Origin: an uncultured Bacilli bacterium
GTDB taxonomy: Bacteria; Bacillota_I; Bacilli_A; RF39; UBA660
Direction: 5' to 3'
DNA length: 64,000 nucleotides
NCBI GenBank assembly: GCA_964018915.1
Contig: CAXHRJ010000001.1
Coordinates: 116,387 to 180,386, forward strand
Shown one piece after another: positions 9,034 through 19,979 of this stretch (positions within the stretch are counted from its first letter, which is position 1; each line of letters begins with the position of its first letter). The translations under genes and the position numbers were made by a program. The notes under the pieces were generated by a model, which saw nothing but the letters and a program-made list of their open reading frames with translations, did not search any database and was not told the DNA's origin.

Positions 9034-11979
9034 CTATTTTTCTATTTCTTCTAATTTAACACTTACGAGCTTACTAACTCCACTTTCTTGCATTGTAATT
9101 CCATATAAAGTATCAGCAAATTCCATAGTTTTCTTTTTATGAGTAATTACGATAAACTGTGTTTTTGATTTTAAAGATTGTAAATATTCACCAAAAGATT
9201 CTACATTTACTTCGTCTAATGCTGCTTCAACCTCATCTAAAATACAAAATGGCATTGGCCTAGTCTTTAAAATTGCAAATAATAAACTAATAGCCGTGAA
9301 TGTTTTTTCGCCCCCACTTAATAGAGAAATACTTTTCAAACTCTTTCCTGGAGGAGAGGCAACAATTTCAATACCTGTTTCTAACATATTTGTCGGATCC
9401 GTCAGTTTTAAGGAAGCAGTTCCTCCTTTAAACAATTCTTTAAAAGTCTCAGCAAAATGTTTATTAATGATTTCAAAGGTCTTAGCAAAATTTGTTTCCA
9501 TTACTCTATCCATTTCTTTAATAATATCTAATAATGTATTTTCTGCCTTTACTAAATCTTCTTGCTGACTTATCAAAAATTCATATCTCTCACTTACTCT
9601 ATCATATTCTTCTGGTGCCTGTTGATTAATAGGACCTAAATCCCTAATCTTTCGTTTAAGGGAACTAACCTGTGTTCTTGCTTCATTTGTAGGAATTGGA
9701 AGTACAAAATTCTCTTTTGCATACTCATAAGTCATGCTGTATGTTTCACTTAATAAATTTAATAAATTATCTAATTTAACATCACTCCGATTGACTTCAA
9801 TTTCTAGTTCTTTCATTTCTTTCGTTTTCTCTAAGTAAAGAGCATTATCCTTCTTAACAAAATGTTCAAATTCTGCTAATTCATCTGCTATTTTAGATTT
9901 TTCATTTTGATAATAATTTAATTCATTAGCTACTTTCTCTTTTTCATTTAATGCTTCATAATACTCTTTTAAAATATTATCTTCTTCTTCACTCAATGAA
10001 TTATTAATAACACTATTGGTACCAGATAGTGTATTTTTAGTTTCCTCTATCTTTTCACGCAATTGCTCTATTTTCTTATTTTTTTCTCTTACTTCTTCTT
10101 CTAAACGAATATTATCACGACTCGCCAAATAATATTCATCCTCTTTGGCTTTCAACTCATAATCACAACTATTTAATCCTTCCTCTAATGATTGAATAGT
10201 TTTATTTTGAGCATCTTTTTCCTTTACCAATGTTTCTAATTCTTGCTTTTCACTTAACGTATTTTTTTGTTTATTTTCTCCACCCGTTAAAGATCCCCCT
10301 ACATGAAGTAATTCTCCATCTAATGTGACCATACGGTATTTATACCCCAACTTTTTATTTAGGATATTTGCATTATCCAAGGTATCCATTACTAAAATAG
10401 TCCCTAATTGATTACTAATAATTTTATCGTATTTAGAATCATTTTGAACAAGATTAGCTGCTATCTCAACAAAGCCTTTTTCGTTTTTGATAATATCATA
10501 AATTCTAGAATCTAATAGTTTTCCTTCAATAACATTAAGAGGAAAGAAAGTCGCTCTTCCTATCTTATTAGTCTTTAAATAGTTAATAGCTTCTTTCGCA
10601 CATAATTCATTATCTACAACAATATAGTTAGATGCTCCTCCTAAAGCGGTAGAAATGGCTGTCATAAAACGATTTTCTACTTCCATTAGATTTCCTATTG
10701 TATTATGAATTCCATTTAATTTTGGGTGATTTAAAACACTTTTTACAGCATATGGCAAAGAGGAACCATTCTCAATACTATCTTCTAAAGAACTAATTTT
10801 TGTATCCAATATTTTTTGATTACGAATAAAAGAGGTTAATTTCTCTTCTAATTTCTGTCTGTCTATTTTTTTTGAACGAATACTAGTTTCCAATTCCTCT
10901 TTTTTAGAACGATATTTCTCTAATTCTTTTAATACATTTTCAATTTCCATCTCATAGCTTTTTAATTCATTTTCATATTTTAATTCTGCTTCTTTTAATT
11001 CTAAAACTGTATTATGTAATTTCGCATCATCCACTTCATATTTTTTACGTTCTAACAAAATTTCTTTTTGACTATTAATTTTCTCTACTTTTGTAGTCCA
11101 GTCTAAAAGAGATTTTTGAAGACTATTTACTTTATCTACAATCCCCTGTTCTTTTTGCTTATATTCTACTATCTGTGCTTCAAATTTTGAATTATGGGTA
11201 GAAATACTTGTAAGTTCTAAAGTAAGGGCATTGACCCTTTCTTTGTTCTCTTGGTATTTCTCATTTAAATTTGTTATATCTTCTGTTACAAGAGCTACTT
11301 CTAAATTCTTTAATGTATTGGATAATTCAAAATACTCTAATGCTTTTTGTTTCTGTTCCCTTAAAGGCTCTACTTGAATTTCTAATTCCTTTATAATGTC
11401 TTCAACACGTTTCATATTATCATGAGTGCGTTCTAATTTTCTTAAAGCCTCTTCTTTTCTCTTTTTATATTTTAAAACACCAGCAGCTTCCTCAAACATA
11501 CTTCTTCTATCTACTGGTTTATTGCTTAAAATTTCATCTATTTTTCCTTGCCCTATAATATTGAAAGATTCTTTTCCTATACCACTATCCATCAATAAAT
11601 CTGCTACATCCTTTAATCTTACTTTTTCATTATTAATAAAGAATTCGTTAGTACCATCCTTATAAAGTCTTCTTTTAATAGCAATTTCTTCAAAAGAGAG
11701 TGGCAAATAATTATCGTGGTTATCAAAAACTAAAGTAACAGTAGCTGTTCCCATAGCTGAGCGGCTTTTACTACCTGCAAATATAACATCTGTCATATTA
11801 CCATCCCCACGCAATGACTTAACAGACTGTTCACCTAATACCCATCTAATCGCATCTACTACATTGCTCTTACCACTTCCATTTGGTCCTACAATTCCAG
11901 CAATATTCTGCTCTAAATCGATTACTATACTATCAGCAAATGATTTAAAACCTTGCGCAATAATTTTCTTTAAGTACAT
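9034..11979 (-). CDS. smc: Chromosome segregation protein SMC (compact form, about 981 aa)
   Basis: Start MYLKKIIAQGFKSFA, Walker A GPNGSGKSN, hinge region (NYIVVDNE..GRATFFPLN), signature LSGGEKT, Walker B FCILDEVEAALD. Start moved to the ATG at 11979, which follows GGTGG. Confidence 0.9.
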   Translation of the reverse strand: MYLKKIIAQGFKSFADSIVIDLEQNIAGIVGPNGSGKSNVVDAIRWVLGEQSVKSLRGDGNMTDVIFAGSKSRSAMGTATVTLVFDNHDNYLPLSFEEIAIKRRLYKDGTNEFFINNEKVRLKDVADLLMDSGIGKESFNIIGQGKIDEILSNKPVDRRSMFEEAAGVLKYKKRKEEALRKLERTHDNMKRVEDIIKELEIQVEPLREQKQKALEYFELSNTLKNLEVALVTEDITNLNEKYQENKERVNALTLELTSISTHNSKFEAQIVEYKQKEQGIVDKVNSLQKSLLDWTTKVEKINSQKEILLERKKYEVDDAKLHNTVLELKEAELKYENELKSYEMEIENVLKELEKYRSKKEELETSIRSKKIDRQKLEEKLTSFIRNQKILDTKISSLEDSIENGSSLPYAVKSVLNHPKLNGIHNTIGNLMEVENRFMTAISTALGGASNYIVVDNELCAKEAINYLKTNKIGRATFFPLNVIEGKLLDSRIYDIIKNEKGFVEIAANLVQNDSKYDKIISNQLGTILVMDTLDNANILNKKLGYKYRMVTLDGELLHVGGSLTGGENKQKNTLSEKQELETLVKEKDAQNKTIQSLEEGLNSCDYELKAKEDEYYLASRDNIRLEEEVREKNKKIEQLREKIEETKNTLSGTNSVINNSLSEEEDNILKEYYEALNEKEKVANELNYYQNEKSKIADELAEFEHFVKKDNALYLEKTKEMKELEIEVNRSDVKLDNLLNLLSETYSMTYEYAKENFVLPIPTNEARTQVSSLKRKIRDLGPINQQAPEEYDRVSERYEFLISQQEDLVKAENTLLDIIKEMDRVMETNFAKTFEIINKHFAETFKELFKGGTASLKLTDPTNMLETGIEIVASPPGKSLKSISLLSGGEKTFTAISLLFAILKTRPMPFCILDEVEAALDEVNVESFGEYLQSLKSKTQFIVITHKKKTMEFADTLYGITMQESGVSKLVSVKLEEIEK

Positions 11980-12035
11980 CTTAACCACCATCTTCTATCT
12001 TTTTCATTATATCAGAAAATCCTTATTTTCACAAT

Positions 12036-12056
12036 AAAAAAGGGATAAATCCCTTT
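12036..12056 (-). terminator. Intrinsic terminator downstream of the GT4-ApbE fusion gene
   Basis: On the minus strand: aaggg ... ccctt hairpin followed by TTTTTTATT. Confidence 0.5.
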
Positions 12057-12194
12057 GCATTGTTAGCTAGTTACTTTCCTATATTTTACATTTTTAAATT
12101 TCTTTCAATTTCACTAATTAAAAATAGTAATACGGATGGTCTAAATCTCAAAAAAGCATATGATTTCTCATATGCTTTTAGTAAGCCTACTTGT

Positions 12195-14261
12195 TTATGA
12201 TTGAAAGAAATTATAGAAATTATCTGTAATGACTGTTTTTTCCTCACCATTAGATAAATAAGCCCAAATAACTGCAAAATTGGTATTAGTATCTATATAT
12301 TTTTTACCTTCTTCACCACGCATTAGAAATAGAGTAGTTGCTATGGCTTCTGTATCTCTTACTGATTTTCCTAAAACAGTAACACCTACTACATTTTCAG
12401 CTGGTTTACGGGTATCAGGATCTATCATTGTTCCATAATCTTTTCCATCATATTTATATGCATTTTGATAAATCCCTTTTGTTACAATAACACCGTTAGT
12501 AAAGCGAATGTTGGTAAGTAATTCTTCATTATTGTCTTTAAATGGACTAGCAATCGCTACCAAATATTTTTCACCTTCTATATAATGATCTCCTGCAGCT
12601 ATGACAGATGATGCATTAATAAGGTAAATATTTAAATGATTGTCTTCTAAATATTCTATTACTTCTTCTGTTGCATATCCTAATTTAATAGTATCTAAAT
12701 CAATATTTGACTGATTATTCTTTATAGTATTATTTCCAAGTAATTCTATATCTTTAATATCTATACTTCCAGCACTTTCTAATTCCTTTGAAGTTGGAAT
12801 CCCTATCCCTTTTTCTCGATAACTAGACCAAATATCAGTAACATTTCCTAGATTAATATTTAATTTGCCATTACTTTTCTCATACCAATTTTTTCCATAT
12901 CGAAGCATTTTATATAAATCTTCCTCAACTGTAATAGTTTCTTCCTCTGTTGAATGATGATGAATTTCATAAAGTATACTACCTTCCTTACGACTAGTTA
13001 GTCTATCATACTTTCCATAAATATCCTCTATCTTGTCTAACTCTTTTTCCGCCTTTTTTGAAGATTTACTATAGAGAGTCACATCAATTTTAGTATCTAA
13101 AGCATCTATAGTTCTTGTATATTTTTCTAATGGAATAGTAGCCTGTTTTTGACAAATAAATAGAAAAATAGTCGTTATAATAATTCCTAACGTAATAAAT
13201 ATTCCCAGTAACTTATTTTTCTTTCTAGTTCTTCTTTCTTCTTCTAATTTCTCTTTGTCAATTGGTATAGATAGTACTTCTTTATAAGTATCAATTAATT
13301 CTTTCCCTACTGCTTTTACATCTTTTTTCTTTGCTTCTTTATATCCATTTTCTGTTAAATCTGGTAATTTTTTATTCATTATTTTTTTAATTTTATCTTC
13401 GAAGTCGTCTAAATCTTTCGCTTTATAAACCACTTCATTTTCTTTATATTCTTCAAATACTGGAATATCTCTAATAAGAGTTGGAATCTTTGAAGTTAAT
13501 GCTTCAATAATTGGAATTCCTTCTGTCTCTTCCAAAGTTGGAAATAAATATAAATCAGCTCCACTTAAAGCACTTTTAATTACAGAAGACTCTACATATC
13601 CTGCAAAACAAAGATTAGGAAGCTTTGTATGAACAGCCTTTTTTATCTCTCTTGGAGATGCCCAAAGTGGACTGTAGCCAAACCAAATAAACTTATATTC
13701 TGGCAAACGTTTTGCAAGTTCTACAAAATCTAAAATACCCTTTCTTTTTATATATAATCCAATGCCAACAATTACTTTATCTGTATCCTTATAACCATAT
13801 TGTTTTCTAAACTCTGAACCCGCTTTCTCATTACGCTCAAAAAATTTAGTATCTACTCCATTACTAATCGCTTTAATTGGTCTTTCCATATTGTAATTTA
13901 ATAGAAGTCGTTTAGAGTATTCTGTTGGCGTAATAATGTAGTCCCCTAATTTATAACAAGTAATTAACCACTTTTTAAATAGTGGTGAAACTAGATTGCT
14001 GAAAAGAAAAGAATTTCTAAAATCTTCTTCTGTAGAATGAGCATGATATACAATTCGTTTTCCTTTTCTTTTGGCTTTTTTCGCATAGAAATAAGATTTT
14101 GGACCATAAAAATTAATATGTAGGATATCATAATTATCTTTTAAATTGGTTGTATATTCAATTTTATTATCCTCTAAAGATTTTTTCTGATGTCCAATGG
14201 CTTTCCCTAAACCAGATTTACTAATAGCCTTTAAACCCTCTGTATAAAGAAGTATTTTCAT
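12195..14261 (-). CDS. Fusion protein: N-terminal GT4 (retaining, glycolipid-synthase-like) glycosyltransferase, one TM helix, and a C-terminal ApbE-like (FAD:protein FMN transferase family) domain
   Basis: GT4 EX7E motif EETEGIPIIEA. TM helix LLGIFITLGIIITTIFLFI at about aa 350-370. ApbE-like blocks: DTKIDVTLY, IDLDTIKLGYATEEV, LINASSVIAAGDHY, MIDPDTRKP, VTVLGKSVRDTEAIATTLFLM. Confidence 0.7.
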   Translation of the reverse strand: MKILLYTEGLKAISKSGLGKAIGHQKKSLEDNKIEYTTNLKDNYDILHINFYGPKSYFYAKKAKRKGKRIVYHAHSTEEDFRNSFLFSNLVSPLFKKWLITCYKLGDYIITPTEYSKRLLLNYNMERPIKAISNGVDTKFFERNEKAGSEFRKQYGYKDTDKVIVGIGLYIKRKGILDFVELAKRLPEYKFIWFGYSPLWASPREIKKAVHTKLPNLCFAGYVESSVIKSALSGADLYLFPTLEETEGIPIIEALTSKIPTLIRDIPVFEEYKENEVVYKAKDLDDFEDKIKKIMNKKLPDLTENGYKEAKKKDVKAVGKELIDTYKEVLSIPIDKEKLEEERRTRKKNKLLGIFITLGIIITTIFLFICQKQATIPLEKYTRTIDALDTKIDVTLYSKSSKKAEKELDKIEDIYGKYDRLTSRKEGSILYEIHHHSTEEETITVEEDLYKMLRYGKNWYEKSNGKLNINLGNVTDIWSSYREKGIGIPTSKELESAGSIDIKDIELLGNNTIKNNQSNIDLDTIKLGYATEEVIEYLEDNHLNIYLINASSVIAAGDHYIEGEKYLVAIASPFKDNNEELLTNIRFTNGVIVTKGIYQNAYKYDGKDYGTMIDPDTRKPAENVVGVTVLGKSVRDTEAIATTLFLMRGEEGKKYIDTNTNFAVIWAYLSNGEEKTVITDNFYNFFQS

Positions 14262-14289
14262 ATTATCACCAACTTCATTATAACATAAG

Positions 14290-14514
14290 TCAATCTAATT
14301 TAACAAGTATCACATCTTTTCCTATCTTCTCAATTTGATTCCATTTGATTTCTACAATATTACTGCTAAAAAGGGAAACTAAAAATCTATATTTTTCTAC
14401 TAATATGCCATTCATATTCCCATTAGAATCAATACTAACATCAATAATGTTCCCTATTTTTTTACCGTCACTAATATCTACTACATCTTTCTCTTGCAAA
14501 TCAGAAATCTTCAT
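14290..14514 (-). CDS. YlmC/YmxH-family PRC-barrel protein (sporulation-associated)
   Basis: 74 aa. MKISDLQEKDVVDISDGKKIGNIIDVSIDSNGN..GILV matches the family's characteristic N-terminus. Confidence 0.7.
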   Translation of the reverse strand: MKISDLQEKDVVDISDGKKIGNIIDVSIDSNGNMNGILVEKYRFLVSLFSSNIVEIKWNQIEKIGKDVILVKLD

Positions 14515-14556
14515 ACTACCACCAATATAATTTTATGGTATAAAAAAAGATTTAGA

Positions 14557-15093
14557 CTAATTAAACGCTAAATCCTCTTTTCCATTCCATTTCATACGAA
14601 TAAGCATTCTTTGAACATCATCAATGTTGTATCTCATATATCTTTCTTTTTCTATATATAAAGCATATACATAAGTATGAGTACCAGTTAGCTCCATTAC
14701 ACTAAAATAGTATTGAGTTTCTACTCCATCAATTGTCCCACCATAAAGAGCTGAATAAATTTTACGATCAGATAACTCATTTACTTTATATTTCTTTACT
14801 AATCTATGTTCATCCATCTTAGACATTTCTTCCTCTATTTTTTTATCTAATAGTTCAGAGGCAGAAGTTCCATCTAAATCTGATTGATGATAAGTATCAA
14901 TCACTAGATTAGCAGTTGGCTTTGATAACGCTAAATCGTTATCATTACTATCTACTTGTACCCAAACCTTTGGAAGTACAAACTCTATGTTATTATCATC
15001 TAATAAATATAATGTCTTTCTAGATAACGTATTACACCCTGTTAAACTTACTGCTAAAAGTAAAAGTATACTTATTTTTCTTATTTTTTTCAT
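14557..15093 (-). CDS. Putative lipoprotein of unknown function
   Basis: Signal peptide with lipobox: MKKIRKISILLLLAVSLTGC. Confidence 0.6.
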   Translation of the reverse strand: MKKIRKISILLLLAVSLTGCNTLSRKTLYLLDDNNIEFVLPKVWVQVDSNDNDLALSKPTANLVIDTYHQSDLDGTSASELLDKKIEEEMSKMDEHRLVKKYKVNELSDRKIYSALYGGTIDGVETQYYFSVMELTGTHTYVYALYIEKERYMRYNIDDVQRMLIRMKWNGKEDLAFN

Positions 15094-15192
15094 ACCCTAT
15101 TCCCCCTTTTTTACATTATAGTTTTCTATTATATTATAAAGTATGTAAAAAAGCAAGAAAAATATACATGAAATAGCTAAAAATTGGTAATA

Positions 15193-16026
15193 TTATAGAA
15201 ATATTTTTAAAAAATCGTTTGGAATTTTAGTCTGAAATTTATATTCTTTATGATTTTTTGGATATTCAAAAGATAATTCATAAGCATGGAGCATTAATCT
15301 ACTAGCTCCATCTTTTATTCCATATTTTTTATCTCCTACCACAGGAGTATTATTCTCTTTCATATGTACTCTAATCTGATTCTTTCTTCCTGTTTTTAGT
15401 GCTATATCTACTAGAGAATAATCATCGGTTGCATTCATAGTATGATAATAAGTTATCGCTAATTTTCCACCTTTCCCACTGTGCACGAATGTATTTTTTT
15501 CTTCTATTAAATAACTTTCTATTTTTCCATCTCGCTTCAAAGTGCCATGAACAACTGCTACATATTTTCTAGATTTTACAATTTCATTCCAGTTTTCTTG
15601 TAAAATATTTTTAACATCCTCCCTTTTAGCAAAAAGTACAATTCCTGACGTTTCTTTATCTAGTCTATGAACTACAAATACTTTTTCCCTTTTTTGATGA
15701 AGATAATCATATACTTGATGATATAAAGTAGAAGCCTTTTCTTTTTCTGTTCCAACCGTTAAAAGCCCACTTTTCTTATTTACCACTAAAAACATATCAT
15801 CTTCATAGATGATAGAAAATGGGACATCCATAATCTTTTCAGTGGTAAGTAATACCTCATCATTTTTCTTTAATAAATAAGGAAGCTTAGGCTTGTGGCC
15901 ATTCACTGTAATTTGTTTATGTTCAATCATACTCTTTAATTTTTTATTAGAATAGTCTGTATTTTTACTTAAATATGCTAATAAATCTATCTCTTCTTTT
16001 ACTCTTATAATTCTTTTCATACGCAC
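15193..16026 (-). CDS. RluA-family 23S rRNA/tRNA pseudouridine synthase
   Basis: Catalytic motif HRLDKETSGIVLFAK, downstream KNQIRVH motif, N-terminal S4-like segment. Confidence 0.85.
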   Translation of the reverse strand: MRMKRIIRVKEEIDLLAYLSKNTDYSNKKLKSMIEHKQITVNGHKPKLPYLLKKNDEVLLTTEKIMDVPFSIIYEDDMFLVVNKKSGLLTVGTEKEKASTLYHQVYDYLHQKREKVFVVHRLDKETSGIVLFAKREDVKNILQENWNEIVKSRKYVAVVHGTLKRDGKIESYLIEEKNTFVHSGKGGKLAITYYHTMNATDDYSLVDIALKTGRKNQIRVHMKENNTPVVGDKKYGIKDGASRLMLHAYELSFEYPKNHKEYKFQTKIPNDFLKIFL

Positions 16027-16072
16027 TCCTTAGTACCATTATATCTTGATTTTCTAAAATTACAAGAAAAAA

Positions 16073-16771
16073 CTAACTTTCTAATAAAGAAGTTAGTTCT
16101 TTCATTTTCTCATTATCCATAGCAGGTACCCCCTCTAATGGATAAAGAATATTTAATTTTTTATATTTTTCTACTCCATATAAATGATATGGTAATAGTT
16201 CCACTTTTTCTACTTTTGAAAATTGTTTTACAAATTCTTTTAATTCCAATATATTTTCTTCTGTATCATTCATCCCTGGAACAATTACTTGCCTAATCCA
16301 CAGTGGAATTTCTAACTTTTTTACAATCTCTACAAAATTATTAAACGTATTCATAGGATGACCTGTTATCGTTTCATAATCGGTTTCATTAATAGCTTTA
16401 ACATCTAGAATTACCAAATCTGTATACTTTAAAATTTCTTCATATTGACCTATCCCAACACCAGCTGTATCAATAGCAGTATGAAGACCAATCTCTTTTA
16501 ATTTTTTCAAACAGTCTATCAAAAACTCAGGTTGTAATAAAGGCTCTCCACCACTAAAAGTAATTCCACCATTTTTATAATAACTCATATTTTTTTTAGC
16601 TCGTTCTACTATTTCACCACTAGTTATAGTAGTACCGCCTAGTCTGTTCCATGTCTCAGGATTATGGCAATAAAGACATCTTAATTTACAACCACGAGTA
16701 AATACTACCATACGAATACCAGGGCCATCTACTAGGCCCATGGTTTCGATAGAATCAATATATCCTTCCAT
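16073..16771 (-). CDS. pflA: Pyruvate formate-lyase activating enzyme (radical SAM)
   Basis: Radical SAM cluster motif CKLRCLYCHNPE and a GGITFSGGEPLLQ SAM-binding segment. It lies directly downstream of pflB with a 1-nt overlap. Confidence 0.9.
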   Translation of the reverse strand: MEGYIDSIETMGLVDGPGIRMVVFTRGCKLRCLYCHNPETWNRLGGTTITSGEIVERAKKNMSYYKNGGITFSGGEPLLQPEFLIDCLKKLKEIGLHTAIDTAGVGIGQYEEILKYTDLVILDVKAINETDYETITGHPMNTFNNFVEIVKKLEIPLWIRQVIVPGMNDTEENILELKEFVKQFSKVEKVELLPYHLYGVEKYKKLNILYPLEGVPAMDNEKMKELTSLLES

Positions 16772-19011
16772 TAGATAGTTCCGTGGAAAGTACGATTAAT
16801 AACTTCTTGTTGTTGTTCTCTACTTAAACGGTTAAAACGTACAGCATAACCAGATACACGAATTGTAAGTGTTGGATACTTATCTGGATTTTCCATAGCA
16901 TCCATTAATGTCTCACGGTTAAGAACATTTACATTAAGATGTTGTGAACCACGAGTAAAATATCCATCCATTAAATTTACTAAGTTATTAACTTGTTCTT
17001 CTTGTGAATGTCCAAGTGCATTTGGAACAATTGAGAATGTATTTGAAATACCATCTTCACAACAATCCTTATAAGCAATTTTAGCAACACTATTTAAAGA
17101 AGCAATAGCCCCATTTGCATCTCTTCCATGCATTGGATTAGCACCAGGTGCAAAGGCTTCTCCAGCTTTTCTTCCATCTGGTGTAGAACCAGTTTTCTTA
17201 CCATATACTACATTAGAAGTAATTGTTAAGATAGATAAAGTTGGACGAGCTCCTTTATATAATGGATGAGAAGCTAATTTGTCATAGAATTTTTGTGCTA
17301 ATTCAACACCAATTGAATCTACTCTATCATCATCATTACCATATTTAGGAAAATCTCCCTCTACTTCAAAATCAACAGCAATTCCTTCTTCATTACGAAT
17401 TGGTTTTACTTTTGCATACTTAATAGCAGATAAAGAGTCTACTGCTACTGAGAAACCAGCAATACCAAATGCCATTAATTTTTCAGGATCTGTATCATGA
17501 AGCGCTAATTGTCCTGCCTCATAAGCATATTTATCATGCATATAGTGAATGATATTCATAGAATCTACATAAGTCTTTGCTACTTTATCTAACATTCTAT
17601 CATAAGCAGCAACTACTTTATCATAATCTAATACTTCATCGGTCATCTTCTCGAATCCTTCAACGATAAGACCACCTTTTACTTCATCTTCACCACCATT
17701 AATGGCATATAATAGGGCTTTTGCTAAATTACAACGAGCTCCAAAGAATTGCATTTGTTTTCCTACTGTCATAGCAGATACACAACATGCAATCGCATAA
17801 TCAGAACCATGTAATGGTCTCATTTCTTCATCATTTTCATATTGAATAGAATCTGTTAAAATAGAAATTTTTGCGCAGAATTTTTTGAAGTTTTCTGGCA
17901 ATCTATCAGACCATAAAATTGTCATATTTGGTTCTGGTGCCGATGATAAATTGATTAGTGTATGTAAGTAACGGAATGAGTTTTTAGTAACTAAAGATTT
18001 TCCGTTTTCTAACATACCACCAATAGACTCTGTTACCCAAGTAGGATCTCCAGCAAATAAATCATTGTATTCTGGAGTTCTTAAGTGTCTAGCAATTCTT
18101 AATTTAATAATGAATTGATCAATTAACTCTTGAGCAGCTTCTTCTGTTAAAACACCTTCTTCAATATCTCTTTCAATATAGATATCTAAGAAAGTAGAAG
18201 TTCTACCTAAACTCATAGCTGCACCATTATTTTCTTTAATAGCAGCTAAATATCCAAAATAAGTCCATTGAATAGCCTCTTTCGCATCTTTTGCTGGATT
18301 AGAAATATCAAATCCATACTTAGAAGCCATCTCTTTAATTTCATTTAAAGCACTGATTTGCATACTTACTTCTTCTCTTAAACGAATCGTATACTCATCA
18401 ATTGGTCTGTTTTCTAATGTAATTAAATCTTCTTTTTTCTTCTCTATTAAATAGTCAATACCATATAAAGCAACACGGCGGTAATCACCTATGATTCTTC
18501 CTCTACCATAGGCATCAGGAAGTCCTGTTAACAATCCAACATGTCTTGCCTTTTTAATATCTGTTGTATAAGCAGAAAATACACCATCATTATGTGTTCT
18601 ACGATAAGTATTAAAATGTTTTTTTACTTCTTCATCTAACTCATAATTGTAAGCAGCTAAAGCTTGCTCTACCATACGCATTCCACCATATGGATTTACA
18701 ATTCTCTTTAAAGGCGCATCTGTCTGTAATCCTACAATTACCTCATTTTCTTTGTCGATATATCCAGCTTCAAAATTGTTAATTCCTGAAACTTTAGATA
18801 CTTCCACATCTAAAATTCCTTTTTCTAATTCTTTTTTTAGAAGATCTTCACAAATTGACCATACTTTTTTGGTTTTGTCTGTTGGCCCTGCTAAAAAGGA
18901 ATCATCCCCAACATATTCTTTGTAGTTCTCTTCAATAAATTTCGCTACATTAACGGATTCTTTCCAATCATTGCCTTGGAATTTTCTCCATTCATTTTCA
19001 AAATTATTCAT
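16771..19011 (-). CDS. pflB: Formate C-acetyltransferase (pyruvate formate-lyase)
   Basis: Glycyl-radical motif [11 protein letters not shown] near the C-terminus, active-site IACCVSAM, 746 aa. Confidence 0.95.
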   Translation of the reverse strand: MNNFENEWRKFQGNDWKESVNVAKFIEENYKEYVGDDSFLAGPTDKTKKVWSICEDLLKKELEKGILDVEVSKVSGINNFEAGYIDKENEVIVGLQTDAPLKRIVNPYGGMRMVEQALAAYNYELDEEVKKHFNTYRRTHNDGVFSAYTTDIKKARHVGLLTGLPDAYGRGRIIGDYRRVALYGIDYLIEKKKEDLITLENRPIDEYTIRLREEVSMQISALNEIKEMASKYGFDISNPAKDAKEAIQWTYFGYLAAIKENNGAAMSLGRTSTFLDIYIERDIEEGVLTEEAAQELIDQFIIKLRIARHLRTPEYNDLFAGDPTWVTESIGGMLENGKSLVTKNSFRYLHTLINLSSAPEPNMTILWSDRLPENFKKFCAKISILTDSIQYENDEEMRPLHGSDYAIACCVSAMTVGKQMQFFGARCNLAKALLYAINGGEDEVKGGLIVEGFEKMTDEVLDYDKVVAAYDRMLDKVAKTYVDSMNIIHYMHDKYAYEAGQLALHDTDPEKLMAFGIAGFSVAVDSLSAIKYAKVKPIRNEEGIAVDFEVEGDFPKYGNDDDRVDSIGVELAQKFYDKLASHPLYKGARPTLSILTITSNVVYGKKTGSTPDGRKAGEAFAPGANPMHGRDANGAIASLNSVAKIAYKDCCEDGISNTFSIVPNALGHSQEEQVNNLVNLMDGYFTRGSQHLNVNVLNRETLMDAMENPDKYPTLTIRVSGYAVRFNRLSREQQQEVINRTFHGTI

Positions 19012-19111
19012 AATTATACCTCCAGTCCGACTCTTTCATTATAACATATTTTTATTTAAAATTACAATGAAAAAACCTATAAATATATAAATTTACTCAA
19101 ATTTATGAAAC

Positions 19112-19888
19112 CTATAAAATTTTCTTTTTCATTTGTTCAATCCCACTCTTTTCAAGTCTTGAAATTTGAGCTTGACTAATCCCTAATTCTTCACTTAATT
19201 CCATCTGTGTTTTTCCATATACATACCTAGATTGAATAACGTATCTTTCTTTTTCTTTTAATAGACCTAAGGCCTCTTTTAAACTAAGACGTTCCTCCCA
19301 AGAATAATTTTTTCCAGTCTTATCTTCTAGCTGATCACAAAGATAAATGATATCCCCACCATCATTGTATATGGGCTCAAACATACTAGTAGTTTCCTTT
19401 AAAGAATCAAGTGCTAAAACAACTTCATATTCTTCTATTCCTAATTTTTCACTTAAAAGAGAAATAGATGGTTCCTTTCCTAATTCAGCAGTTAATTCTT
19501 CTTTTAACTTGGAAAGTTTATATGCTAAATCTTTAATACTTCTAGCAATTCTCACACTATTGTTATCCCTCAAATATCTTTTTACCTCTCCTAATATCAT
19601 AGGAACAGCATAGGTAGAAAATTTAACATCATAGCTTAAATCAAAATTATCTATGGCCTTAATTAATCCTATGCATCCTACTTGAAATAAATCATCCATA
19701 TTGTCTATTCTGTTATTATATTTTTTTAGGATGGAAAGAACCAATTTCAAATTTCCTTCAATTAATTTCTCTTTAGCTAGCTCATCACCATCTTGAAATT
19801 GATGAAACAAGGCTACCATTTCCTCATTTGTTAAAACTTTAATATCCGCAGTATTCACGCCACATATTTCTACTTTATGACGTGCCAT
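19112..19888 (-). CDS. sigG: Sporulation sigma factor SigG (forespore late sigma)
   Basis: ARHKVEICGVNTADIKVLTNEEM..., DDLFQVGCIGLIKAIDNFD, KFSTYAVPMILGEVKRYLRDN, FEPIYNDGGD and GISQAQISRLEK closely parallel B. subtilis SigG. Start moved to the ATG at 19888, which follows AAAGGAGA. Confidence 0.85.
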   Translation of the reverse strand: MARHKVEICGVNTADIKVLTNEEMVALFHQFQDGDELAKEKLIEGNLKLVLSILKKYNNRIDNMDDLFQVGCIGLIKAIDNFDLSYDVKFSTYAVPMILGEVKRYLRDNNSVRIARSIKDLAYKLSKLKEELTAELGKEPSISLLSEKLGIEEYEVVLALDSLKETTSMFEPIYNDGGDIIYLCDQLEDKTGKNYSWEERLSLKEALGLLKEKERYVIQSRYVYGKTQMELSEELGISQAQISRLEKSGIEQMKKKIL

Positions 19889-19952
19889 ATATTCTCCTTT
19901 CATCTCTGTTTTGAGACAATTTTCAGAAAAATATACAATTCTTTAGAATTTC

Positions 19953-19979
19953 AAAAAAAAAGTCTAATTTAGACTTTTT
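19953..19979. terminator. Bidirectional intrinsic terminator between the membrane-protein gene and sigG
   Basis: A-run, then stem agtcta (19961-19966) / tagact (19970-19975), then T-run. Confidence 0.55.

Noticed and set aside
12086-12277. 63-aa minus-strand ORF overlapping the 3' end of the GT4-ApbE gene
   Set aside because: It overlaps a well-supported gene in another frame and runs towards the terminator region. It has no SD and an unremarkable composition, so it is probably spurious.
19904-19952. Possible SigF/SigG-dependent promoter upstream of sigG (GTATA ... CAAAACA)
   Set aside because: The match to the forespore promoter consensus is too weak to report as a feature.
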